From sequence record MN871444.1: DNA of 64,000 bases; one strand, written 5' to 3'. Made by a program: the position numbers and the translations under genes. The notes beneath the pieces were generated by a model, which made no database searches, had not been told where the DNA came from, and saw nothing but the letters and a program-made list of their open reading frames with translations. Each line of letters begins with the position of its first letter. Within the stretch, counting starts at the first letter, position 1. Shown piece by piece: positions 55,464-64,000 of this stretch.

Positions 55464-56819
55464 ATGTCCATGAAGTCATATGCCCGTGTTAGCCTTGAAG
55501 CGCTAGCACCGCAAAAAGAAAATAAATTCGGTGCATTCGCCGTTCCACTACTGCGGCAATGGCGAGATTATAGTGATGGCGATTACACGACCTCTTTTCG
55601 TAAAAGCGTTGCTCCGATGTTGGTCAAACTCATCAAAGACACGACCGGCATGCCTGTAAAATTTCGTATCGTGCAGGATGCTTCGGAGGCTTACACCTGC
55701 ACCATTATGCCGGGTGTATTTACGGAGAAGCACCCGTTACTATTTGAAGTATTGGGTAATCGGTCACACACACCAGCATTCATCAATCTCGTAAGAAAAA
55801 TGCGAGAGGATAAAACAAATATCCTTGAGGGTAGTGTGGACCAACGTACCGGTAAAGTGGGGGGTATTTTGGCTGAAGTCGACCACCTCATCACCATCGG
55901 TACATCCATCTTGGAAAATGATACCTTTACACCCGAGTGGATTGTGGGGTTGATTGGTCATGAGTTAGGCCATGCGCATAGTTTCTTAGTATCTCTGGCG
56001 TATCGTTCAACCACAGCCTGGGCTATTCGTACGGCCATTGAAGCACTCCATGGGACTAACAGTGACACCAAGGGATTTGTCATCACCATGGATGCCATGG
56101 CGGATTACTTGAATCTCGATGCCCTGCAACGTAAAGCCCTGGCTGAATCAAAAGCTAAAGATGAAGCCATGACTTTAATTGTTCTAGATAAAGCCGCAGA
56201 AGCAGCAAAGTCTGAGTTGGGTACTTCCTTAGCAGACCGCTCAGGTACCGAGTTTCTTGCCGACCAATATCTCGTCCGGCTGGGGGTAACTCGCGGTTTC
56301 GCGGAGGCGTATAACTTTATTCAACGCCAACGCGAGCCGGGGTATTATTACAGTACCCACAAATTTTTGTTTGTTGAATCGGTAAAAGTCGCTTTAGCTG
56401 GTGCGGGCTGGGTTGTTGGTTCTGCTCTTACTGGCAGCATTGTCGCAGGCGAACTTCCAGTAACGTTAGTGGTTTCAGCCTGCGTGTCTATGTCGGCGGA
56501 TAAAATCATCGAAGCTACACATGCCGATCCCTATAGTCGGCTGACCCAAATGCGAAATGATTTAATTCAATCGACTAAAGAAGTTGACGACCCTGCTATC
56601 CGCCACCGACTTCTGTCGGACATTGATTTTGTGGATAATCTATTGAAGGATATGAAACCCCACAAAAGCATCGTACAAAAATTAGCTGGGGTGTTCGTAC
56701 CTAACGTTCGCACACTGAACAAACAGCAACAGCATCTTTCGATGCTTGAAGCGTTGTTCAATAACCCGTTATACCTTCGTCAAGCCCAACTTAATCAAAT
56801 TGCCAATCAACCCGAATAA
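55464..56819 (+). CDS. virion protein with zincin HExxH motif
   Basis: GHELGH followed by E.LADQY; N-terminal SLE (S-x-E) site. Confidence 0.8.
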   Translation: MSMKSYARVSLEALAPQKENKFGAFAVPLLRQWRDYSDGDYTTSFRKSVAPMLVKLIKDTTGMPVKFRIVQDASEAYTCTIMPGVFTEKHPLLFEVLGNRSHTPAFINLVRKMREDKTNILEGSVDQRTGKVGGILAEVDHLITIGTSILENDTFTPEWIVGLIGHELGHAHSFLVSLAYRSTTAWAIRTAIEALHGTNSDTKGFVITMDAMADYLNLDALQRKALAESKAKDEAMTLIVLDKAAEAAKSELGTSLADRSGTEFLADQYLVRLGVTRGFAEAYNFIQRQREPGYYYSTHKFLFVESVKVALAGAGWVVGSALTGSIVAGELPVTLVVSACVSMSADKIIEATHADPYSRLTQMRNDLIQSTKEVDDPAIRHRLLSDIDFVDNLLKDMKPHKSIVQKLAGVFVPNVRTLNKQQQHLSMLEALFNNPLYLRQAQLNQIANQPE

Positions 56820-56825
56820 GGATTC

Positions 56826-57344
56826 ATGACCATGGCCAATTATGCACTGACCCAACTGGCACGTAAACTGTTGACCCTGGCGGGTTCAGCTCCGAAAGAT
56901 AGTCGTTGGGCCTCTAACGAAACTACCACCACCGTGCGCGATGAAAATACTCGCATGGAAAACTTACTGGCCGCGGGCATCGCTTATAGCCTTCCGCTAC
57001 CGCCGGATGCAGTACCGTCCATCGATGTATTTTTCGGTCAGGTTTATGGTACTAAACTCACCGCGCTTATTTCGGAAGTTTGTGAGCAGCGCGTGCTTAA
57101 CCCGGAACTGATCATCCTGGCGGTAAAACAAGCCTGGAGTTTCCGTTATGCTCAGGCGCATGACGCCAATATTCTTCTGCTGAACGGCCTGATGAAGTTT
57201 AATGCCATCGGTGGACTAACTTCTACCTACGAATATGCGCTGGGTGAGTATCAGACCGATTATTCGATGCTGTTCACCATCCTCAGTCAGATCAAGGCGG
57301 CAGTACAGCCGTATTTCGCCGAGGACAACCAAGATGCAGAATAA
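56826..57344 (+). CDS. virion structural cluster protein
   Basis: AAGGA SD; position in the structural operon. Confidence 0.75.
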   Translation: MTMANYALTQLARKLLTLAGSAPKDSRWASNETTTTVRDENTRMENLLAAGIAYSLPLPPDAVPSIDVFFGQVYGTKLTALISEVCEQRVLNPELIILAVKQAWSFRYAQAHDANILLLNGLMKFNAIGGLTSTYEYALGEYQTDYSMLFTILSQIKAAVQPYFAEDNQDAE

Positions 57345-58617
57345 TGACATTTATGGGTTTTCTGAAACTATTTCCATGGAATCATTCGATAACATGGGTG
57401 GATTCGAAACCCTCGAAGCCTCGTCATCGCTTAACGAATTGATTACCACCGCTAATCAGATTCAGGGTATCCGCGATACCATTCTCGGTGATGGTGTATC
57501 TAAAACTGATGCGATGGCACTGGAAAGTTTAGTTCCAGATTTCTTTCCGCAGCATATCCCGATGCATTCTTTCACCCAGATGCGAACCCACACGAACCTG
57601 ACGGTTACGCTGGAGTCCATCAAATCGTGGACGACGATGTCAATCGCAAATATGGTCAAGGCGTTATATCGTTTTCTGTTGACTTGCGTAAACTGGGTAA
57701 AAAATGCAATCAAAGGTTTCTTCGGTGCCGGTAAAGATGTCAAGCGTGTAATTTCCAATACCGAGGCTACCGTAAAAGCCACCGACGAAATCGTTACCCA
57801 GATTCGTGGCGTCACGGACAATAAAACGGAAGACGCCATCCATAAAGCCAAGGAAAAAGCAAAGCTGCTGATTGCGGATCACTATACCCAGCTTATGCGT
57901 CGGATGGTAACTGACCGGGGTACTGAAAACATGGTCAGGCATTTGCGCAGTCAGCTGCATACTGCCTACGCTAAACTGGATGTGTTAACTGAAAAATACG
58001 TCCACGCTTTAGAGATCTCCAGTAAAGGTGAGATTAATTACCAGGAAGCCAATAGCATTTTTGCTGACCTGGCTAGCTTTAATCCGGGTAGTTTACTTGA
58101 CCTGGACCTGGAGATGTCTTATTTTGACTTAAAACAAAAACTGTCACATCTCGACGGTGCAGCTTCGGTTCAGTCACTATGGGACTCTCTGAAACAACAA
58201 AACATGAAACGTGCCTCATGGGAAGTTAAGACCAGCGATGTTATTTCTGGCATGCTGCAATTAACTACCCGTCTGGAAGAACTGGCTGACGATATTATCG
58301 ACCCAGAACTGGATACTACGATCCCTACCGTGGTTGATTTCTCCAGCAAAGTGCGCAATGCGCCGGAAGGAATCACACCCAACCTGGCTTTGGCCAGTCA
58401 ACGACTGACCGAAGGGTTTACGGTAGCCCAGCATGGTATTGGGATTTATGTTGAGTTGTTAAAAGCGTTTATCACCCTGACGGATTTGGGGTGGAAAGCA
58501 TCAAAAAGCATAATGGGTGATATCGCCACCAGGGCTAAGACAGACTGCAAGGATTACGCTGCGGTTATTAAAGATATCGAACAGCGGTTAAAATCCACGC
58601 TACAAAAACAAAGTTAG
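57334..58617 (+). CDS. inner-head/ejection-type protein with S-x-E propeptide sites
   Basis: GAGGA SD; ISMES, ALES, TLES; DA.ALE....F.....P..SFT pattern of giant-phage head proteins. Confidence 0.75.
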   Translation: MQNNDIYGFSETISMESFDNMGGFETLEASSSLNELITTANQIQGIRDTILGDGVSKTDAMALESLVPDFFPQHIPMHSFTQMRTHTNLTVTLESIKSWTTMSIANMVKALYRFLLTCVNWVKNAIKGFFGAGKDVKRVISNTEATVKATDEIVTQIRGVTDNKTEDAIHKAKEKAKLLIADHYTQLMRRMVTDRGTENMVRHLRSQLHTAYAKLDVLTEKYVHALEISSKGEINYQEANSIFADLASFNPGSLLDLDLEMSYFDLKQKLSHLDGAASVQSLWDSLKQQNMKRASWEVKTSDVISGMLQLTTRLEELADDIIDPELDTTIPTVVDFSSKVRNAPEGITPNLALASQRLTEGFTVAQHGIGIYVELLKAFITLTDLGWKASKSIMGDIATRAKTDCKDYAAVIKDIEQRLKSTLQKQS

Positions 58618-58658
58618 ACAACATATCGGGAGGGCTTTCGCCCTCCCTTTTATGCCGA
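58618..58658. terminator. bidirectional hairpin with TATGYYG tails
   Basis: ACAACATA..GGGAGGGC-TTTC-GCCCTCCC-TTT-TATGCCGA. Confidence 0.85.
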
Positions 58659-61616
58659 TGTGGTGCTAGCAGTGCTGGTTAGATGGTTGTAGAAGTTTAC
58701 AGTGATGTCGTCCTGAACTTGCAATGTACCGTCGGACAATGTTGTCAACTTGCGTTTGATGGATGGCCTGGTGACGTTGTCTTGGGCCGTAAAGACAGTA
58801 ATATCTTTATCTGGACCAACAGGATATACGTACACCGCCAAAGCATCTTCACCCAATGCTGTTCCAATGTCAGAACCAACGGCATCAATACTGAACGTCG
58901 CGTCACTAAGCGCAGTATAGATAACCGAATGCACTTTATCTTTCATCGATGCAATCAGGCTTTCACTATTGTAGTTTGTGGAAGTCAAATAGACATCTAC
59001 CTGGAAAGACAAGTTACTGTCGATGGTTCGGGTTTCCCCAGCACCAACAATAACCGTAGTATCCCCCAGGGTGGTTTGGGGAATGTAGTAAAGCGCGGTA
59101 TTTTCCAACAGCGAATCGTTCAGGCTGGTGATGGTTTCCAAATAAGCCAGAACAGAGGTCGGCAAGGACTTCCGATACGCTACGCCATTAATGTCGGTTG
59201 CAAAATAGAACAACCCATCAACCACACAAATGTCGATTTGGCGAGCGATTGCCCGAACACCCAACTCTACTGGGGACCCGTTGACCTCCACGACATCTGT
59301 CGCTTCATGCAGTACGATGCGGTTCCCTGCAGAATCAAGTACGTAATCACCTTTGCGATGCAGAATTTCAGCAAGATAAGATCCATCTGATTGCTGTACC
59401 AGCTCAATATCCCCGGCTGAGTTGGTAAGATAAATATCTTCATCGTAAGTTGAATACACCGTAATACCGTACGTCTGGTATTGGATGGAGTCTTTGACTG
59501 TCCTGGAAGACCGCCACAAATAAGTCATAGCGGTACCAAATTGCAGAGCCACCGATTCTTGCACTACGCCTAAGGTAGTACTCGGCACCTGTTCAGTGTA
59601 AACAAAATTGTCAATATCTGAACCGGTTATGGTTGATGTGTCTAAACCAGACAACTCCCACACTAAATAAAAAGTCTGGGTTAACGTCGCCATGGTTTTG
59701 ATTATTTCACCATTGTACATACTAAATCCAGTCATTTCCATATTGTCATCGGCATCAATATAAAAAGTAGGATTTAGTTGGAACTGCCAGCAGCGCTCAC
59801 CATTAACGGTACCCATCAACGTACCAGTCATATACGCGTAATCAGATTCACCTACCGGCAAATAAGCTAATTGCAGATGACATTGGTCGTCACTTAGATT
59901 TTTATAGTTGGCATCCGATGCTGCAACTACGGTGAGTGTGTACCCCGTAGACGACCGGCTGATTGCAATACTTCCAGTTGCAATGGAGTACGCAATTGTC
60001 GCGTTTTCAGCGATAAAGTTCCTGGCTGAAATTGTTGGGGAGTCGAGATAATAAGGCCGCAACGCAAAAGTATTATTCGCGGTATCCAGGACATAGTGCC
60101 ATGGAGTATACACAACCTTACCCATATCGACCCCTAAAGCCGCAACCAGGTCATCGTACGCTTTATTGTTCCACAGAGAAATGTACGATTGATAGTCTGC
60201 CTCAGGCAGCATTGTCAGTACGCCATTTGTAATCCTGAATAGCGTGGATGGCGTAATGGTGATTGAAGTATTGTTGTCAATCACAGTGCTACGGGTAATC
60301 AGTGAGTCCATGGTATCTTCCATGGTGTACACTGCCGCCCCAGCACCTGACTTAAGAACCGAAGTGTCGTCGGGAGTAGGCAACACCCTGGAGGCTGCGT
60401 AGGTACGGGATGTAATAATGTCCTTTGTTTTGATGACGTTAAAATCATCTAATGTCAATGCAGTTTCCAGCTGACCAATGGTGATCGGCGTGTCGACTTT
60501 GGTATTTTTCATGATGACCTGCTCACGTAAAGTATCAAAGTTGAGTGGTGCCGTCCCACCTGAGGTGGTATCATCCGAATAGATTGGTGTGTCTATGCTC
60601 GCCAAAGGTGCGGTGTACACCGTGTCGGTCGCATCATAATCGTTGAATACGGCACTAAAGCTGGAAGTGCTGTAGTTCGATAGATTGATGTTCGATGGCC
60701 CTTTGGTGGTATAAATGTCAACGCGGATTTGACTACCAACTAATCCGGTGGTCTGATAAATCTGCGGAATGCTAACTTGTAATTTATTGGTCCCTACTGA
60801 TAACACCGCAGTTACTGTAGAGGCATCAAATACCTGGTCAGAATGTGTGGTCTGGTACTCGGTCCAGGTAGTCCCATCAGTGGAGCCATAAACACGACAA
60901 TAATAATAATTATCGGTTAGGGTGTAGGTCTTATTAAACGGGGCCGAGGAAGTCATCTGAGATTTAAAATGACTCAAGGTAAACTGTTTGAGTGGTACGA
61001 CGATATCAATCCAATCTTCGTAACTGCTATCATCGCCGCTTTTCAAACTTTTGATTGACCACGATACCAGGTTAGATACCAAAGATTCCATCGGAGAGAT
61101 GATATCGTTAGTATATACGACCTGGAAGCTCCCATGAGGCATCAAACGAATATCAATGGGATATTCAAGGCCGAAGTTATAGGAGTCCACTGTGACCTGG
61201 GTATTGCGTGGGATAACGATTTTTGATACACCCGTATCCCCGACGGCTACCACGTTTTTCTTGACGCTTGCCACTTTCAGCAGAAAATGGAATGTCGCAC
61301 TATCAGGAGTACTAAACCGATTAAGGTAGTCGGTATCGGTCATGTGTAAATAAAGATCTTCCTGTGTAGTGGCCAATGCCGGATACAGCTTACGGTAGAC
61401 GATATCCATTTCATTCATACATGCTGCGGTTGAGCATGCATTTGCCTCCAGCAAAAAGACAAATGGATTTGTAGCATCCACGATGTCAATGTCACCGTCG
61501 TAGGCAGCTTCAACAGCATTTAACTGATACTGTTGCACCATCGCGGGATTACTTCTCACGTTGGTGATGTTGGCGATTAGATCGCTTGCTTTATAAGACA
61601 TAAGAAAACGCTCCAT
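58650..61616 (-). CDS. large baseplate wedge protein (T4 gp6/baseplate-J-like, phiKZ gp87-like)
   Basis: 988 aa, T/S-rich; D.TNPFVFLLE; SGG....FD.LRE.V motif of baseplate-J/gp6. Confidence 0.7.
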   Translation of the reverse strand: MERFLMSYKASDLIANITNVRSNPAMVQQYQLNAVEAAYDGDIDIVDATNPFVFLLEANACSTAACMNEMDIVYRKLYPALATTQEDLYLHMTDTDYLNRFSTPDSATFHFLLKVASVKKNVVAVGDTGVSKIVIPRNTQVTVDSYNFGLEYPIDIRLMPHGSFQVVYTNDIISPMESLVSNLVSWSIKSLKSGDDSSYEDWIDIVVPLKQFTLSHFKSQMTSSAPFNKTYTLTDNYYYCRVYGSTDGTTWTEYQTTHSDQVFDASTVTAVLSVGTNKLQVSIPQIYQTTGLVGSQIRVDIYTTKGPSNINLSNYSTSSFSAVFNDYDATDTVYTAPLASIDTPIYSDDTTSGGTAPLNFDTLREQVIMKNTKVDTPITIGQLETALTLDDFNVIKTKDIITSRTYAASRVLPTPDDTSVLKSGAGAAVYTMEDTMDSLITRSTVIDNNTSITITPSTLFRITNGVLTMLPEADYQSYISLWNNKAYDDLVAALGVDMGKVVYTPWHYVLDTANNTFALRPYYLDSPTISARNFIAENATIAYSIATGSIAISRSSTGYTLTVVAASDANYKNLSDDQCHLQLAYLPVGESDYAYMTGTLMGTVNGERCWQFQLNPTFYIDADDNMEMTGFSMYNGEIIKTMATLTQTFYLVWELSGLDTSTITGSDIDNFVYTEQVPSTTLGVVQESVALQFGTAMTYLWRSSRTVKDSIQYQTYGITVYSTYDEDIYLTNSAGDIELVQQSDGSYLAEILHRKGDYVLDSAGNRIVLHEATDVVEVNGSPVELGVRAIARQIDICVVDGLFYFATDINGVAYRKSLPTSVLAYLETITSLNDSLLENTALYYIPQTTLGDTTVIVGAGETRTIDSNLSFQVDVYLTSTNYNSESLIASMKDKVHSVIYTALSDATFSIDAVGSDIGTALGEDALAVYVYPVGPDKDITVFTAQDNVTRPSIKRKLTTLSDGTLQVQDDITVNFYNHLTSTASTTSA

Positions 61617-62755
61617 TAAGAGGTGGAGGTAGTCGTCGTAATCGACTCATATTCGGAGGGGGTTAACCACCAGGTTAATTCGTTCGTGGCCAGGTTGATG
61701 TATGGAAGCGCCATGTAGTTATATTTCTTAACTTCATCGGTGGTCAATTGTTTTAGTGTAGACGGTCCGGTTAACTCACCGGTAGTCATGTTCACCGTAA
61801 TGTTTCCCATTGGAGAATACCAGTCAGCAACCAAGTCATTAAACTCTTTCAGTACAATGGGGTCATTGTACTCTGCACCAATGCAGGTAAAAGGAACAGA
61901 TATTTGTTGGTTGTTGAAGTTATACGGTCGGGTGGCATCGAAGTTAAATGCCGCACCCATTGGTGTCGACGTAGGGAACGCTGCGCCGGTGTTTGCCCAC
62001 TTCTGAATATACCGGCGACCAGGGTCTAAAACGAACATATAGATACGAGTTTGGTAGTCAACCTCATTATCCACGACCTGGTCTGGGTATGGTGTCATGA
62101 TATTGTTGTAGATATTTGAGGCGTACGTACACCAGGAATCAATCAACAATGATATAGGATCTCCCGGAACGTTTGTGAAGTTGGCCTGGAGGTTAAAAAC
62201 TCCTAGCTGTTTATAGATCCCGTCAACCTGGGCAGTTGATTCACGCCAGATGCCTGAAGGAGACGTCCAGTAATCTAACACTGGGTCCGGCCATCCTGAT
62301 AACGATATCAACGTGTTGGTTAATAACGGCATAAAAGGAAGTCGTGGGTCGACCAGTGGGGTAGTAACTCCGCGAGCGACTTCTCCGACGTGGTCTAGAT
62401 AACAACGAACAGCACGCTGTAGCGTCATTGGTTCGTTAGTACCTAATTGGGACATCTTTCTATCTTGTCCCAGGTTATCGTACGTTAGACAGCATCTCGG
62501 GCGGGTCATAAATGCAATCCCAGAGTTGTCCAGGTTGGAAACAACGGGGTTGCCCATGCCTCTGAAATTCAGACCACGCATGAGATACATATTTGAGCGT
62601 TTAAGGTCGCCATAGCCACTTTCACGGGTAATAGACTCTACTTCTTTCAACCAGTCTGTCTGAATTGTAGTCTGGTTGACATCAGTACGGTATACACCGG
62701 TAGTATCTTCGGCCGACGTGTACGCAGTCAAGGGAAGTGTTCCTGAATTTGCCAT
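61616..62755 (-). CDS. virion protein, tail-tube/hub-like fold (phiKZ gp88-like)
   Basis: F..PR..L, SGWPD, DY.TRIY..VLD, AAFP, ISVPF. Confidence 0.7.
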   Translation of the reverse strand: MANSGTLPLTAYTSAEDTTGVYRTDVNQTTIQTDWLKEVESITRESGYGDLKRSNMYLMRGLNFRGMGNPVVSNLDNSGIAFMTRPRCCLTYDNLGQDRKMSQLGTNEPMTLQRAVRCYLDHVGEVARGVTTPLVDPRLPFMPLLTNTLISLSGWPDPVLDYWTSPSGIWRESTAQVDGIYKQLGVFNLQANFTNVPGDPISLLIDSWCTYASNIYNNIMTPYPDQVVDNEVDYQTRIYMFVLDPGRRYIQKWANTGAAFPTSTPMGAAFNFDATRPYNFNNQQISVPFTCIGAEYNDPIVLKEFNDLVADWYSPMGNITVNMTTGELTGPSTLKQLTTDEVKKYNYMALPYINLATNELTWWLTPSEYESITTTTSTS

Positions 62756-62795
62756 CGATAAAACCTTTTCTTTTTTGACTATAAGGGGTTACACC

Positions 62796-63911
62796 ATGCC
62801 ATTACCACTCTTGCCCGCAGTGGCGGGTGCCGGTTCCATGATCACAATATTGGGCGCTATTAAAAAGGCCATGGCAGCCGGTAAAGGCGTTTTGGCGGCA
62901 AACGCTAAAGAGACGAGCCTGGTCGAATATACGCGCGGTACTCGTGCTGAATTCGTTACTTTATTAGAAGACAGTTTGTCCGCATTGCCGTACATCGACG
63001 TCATTTTACAGAACTCGCTCAGCCTTTGCACCGCGTACTACCTTCAGGCTGCTGCCGTGGACACCACAGTATCAGGCGTCCGCGTAGTTGATCGTCTGAA
63101 CAAAATCAACCCTAACCGCTACGGTAGTGTGGGTAAAGTTATTTCGGCCACAATGGAAGGAATCGACGAAGATGCCGAACTTCCGAACTATCTTTCCATG
63201 GAAGCTGCGGGTAGCCCGGCTGCTAAAGTAGAGGGGTACGGTGGCGTTGTTGGCGGCAAACTCGGCGATACCATCAAAGCTTACGATTCGATGCTCGTCG
63301 GTAAGAACGTCGAAGTATCGATCATCGAAAACGGCCAAAAGGCAGTTATCCCGGTTACGGTACGACTCAACGTTCTGGGTGCGTCAGGTAATGAAATTAC
63401 CGATATCCTGGCGTTGGCCTCGGGTGACGTGGCGAGCAAAGTTTACAACTACCGCTTCCGCCCAGGTACGCTGGCTGCCATTCGTGAAATGCTGCTTTGC
63501 GACAATCAGGTCAACCTGCATCGCAAAACACTGCTGAAAGAAAAATCCGGTTTTTATGCTGCGACCTTAAAACGTCGTGCAGAAAACAAACTCGCGGCTC
63601 TCGCATCTGGCGAAGTATCGTTAGCTGCGGCCAGTAGCATCATCATCATTAGTAAAGAAACCCAGCTGAAAGTTGAAGCGGCTCTGGGTGGTAAACTGGA
63701 CAATGACCGCATCCGTGAAATCATTTTCCAAACCACCTCGTCCATGATTCTCGCTGTGGTAGATACCAAATGGGAAGAGGTCACCATGTACGTTAAGTCG
63801 CAAGACCTGCCGTACGAAGCACCGGTCTCTCGCCTGAAACAGCTGAATAAAGATGGTGGTGAAGGCATTCTGGACGCCATGCAGAAACTGCTGGCCGGCA
63901 AACCGCTCTAA
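62796..63911 (+). CDS. inner-body/head protein (phiKZ gp89-like)
   Basis: SL.EYT...R.E...L, YLQA, LSME (S-x-E), VGK.VEV, IPV..RL. Confidence 0.75.
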   Translation: MPLPLLPAVAGAGSMITILGAIKKAMAAGKGVLAANAKETSLVEYTRGTRAEFVTLLEDSLSALPYIDVILQNSLSLCTAYYLQAAAVDTTVSGVRVVDRLNKINPNRYGSVGKVISATMEGIDEDAELPNYLSMEAAGSPAAKVEGYGGVVGGKLGDTIKAYDSMLVGKNVEVSIIENGQKAVIPVTVRLNVLGASGNEITDILALASGDVASKVYNYRFRPGTLAAIREMLLCDNQVNLHRKTLLKEKSGFYAATLKRRAENKLAALASGEVSLAAASSIIIISKETQLKVEAALGGKLDNDRIREIIFQTTSSMILAVVDTKWEEVTMYVKSQDLPYEAPVSRLKQLNKDGGEGILDAMQKLLAGKPL

Positions 63912-63924
63912 GAGGTTAACGGAC

Positions 63925-64000
63925 ATGAGCTTATTTGATTTTGTAAAAGGCATCACCCAGAAATTTGAGCGTAATGAGGTCTATGATGATATCGACCAGT
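63925..64000 (+). CDS. next head protein, 3'-truncated by the window edge
   Basis: GAGG SD; MSLFDFVKGITQKFERNEVYDDIDQ. Confidence 0.6.
   Translation, partial: MSLFDFVKGITQKFERNEVYDDIDQ

Noticed and set aside
58683-59390. 235-aa plus-strand ORF inside the baseplate gene
   Set aside because: Antisense shadow ORF with no recognisable features.
1-64000. tRNA, rRNA or CRISPR arrays
   Set aside because: No cloverleaf/T-loop consensus, rRNA-like tract or regularly spaced repeats seen by eye; the recurring hairpins are dispersed terminators.

Overview
This window is a segment of a nucleus-forming jumbo phage genome (phiKZ/Goslar/RAY-like, Chimalliviridae). Codon usage of the highly expressed genes suggests an enterobacterial host (inference). 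About 1-16 kb is an accessory/early region: small membrane proteins, a SLOG/DprA-like protein, four proteins sharing an N-terminal module, two Xis/AlpA-like genes and three fibre-like paralogues, with a minus-strand island holding a SNF2-like helicase and two virion-like genes. About 16.5-64 kb is the conserved core: PhuZ, an array of about 11 divergent acidic paralogues, the two halves of a split family-B DNA polymerase, chimallin, nvRNAP subunits (beta'N interrupted by an ORF-less group I intron inside the NADFDGD motif, sigma-like, betaC, beta'C), the PicA/Imp1 candidate, an SbcD-like nuclease, an SF2 helicase, vRNAP beta'M, and baseplate/head proteins. Best new observations: (1) a predicted programmed -1 frameshift on a U7 run (48589-48595) fusing two minus-strand ORFs, as in lambda G/GT tail chaperones; (2) the cryptic paralogue array behind an early promoter; (3) a genome-wide hairpin + TATGYYG terminator-tail motif; (4) a palindrome/G-tract-rich non-coding locus at about 15.8-16.2 kb. 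No database searches were run. Equivalences to phiKZ gp numbers come from motifs and recalled synteny. No tRNA, rRNA or CRISPR array was recognised.
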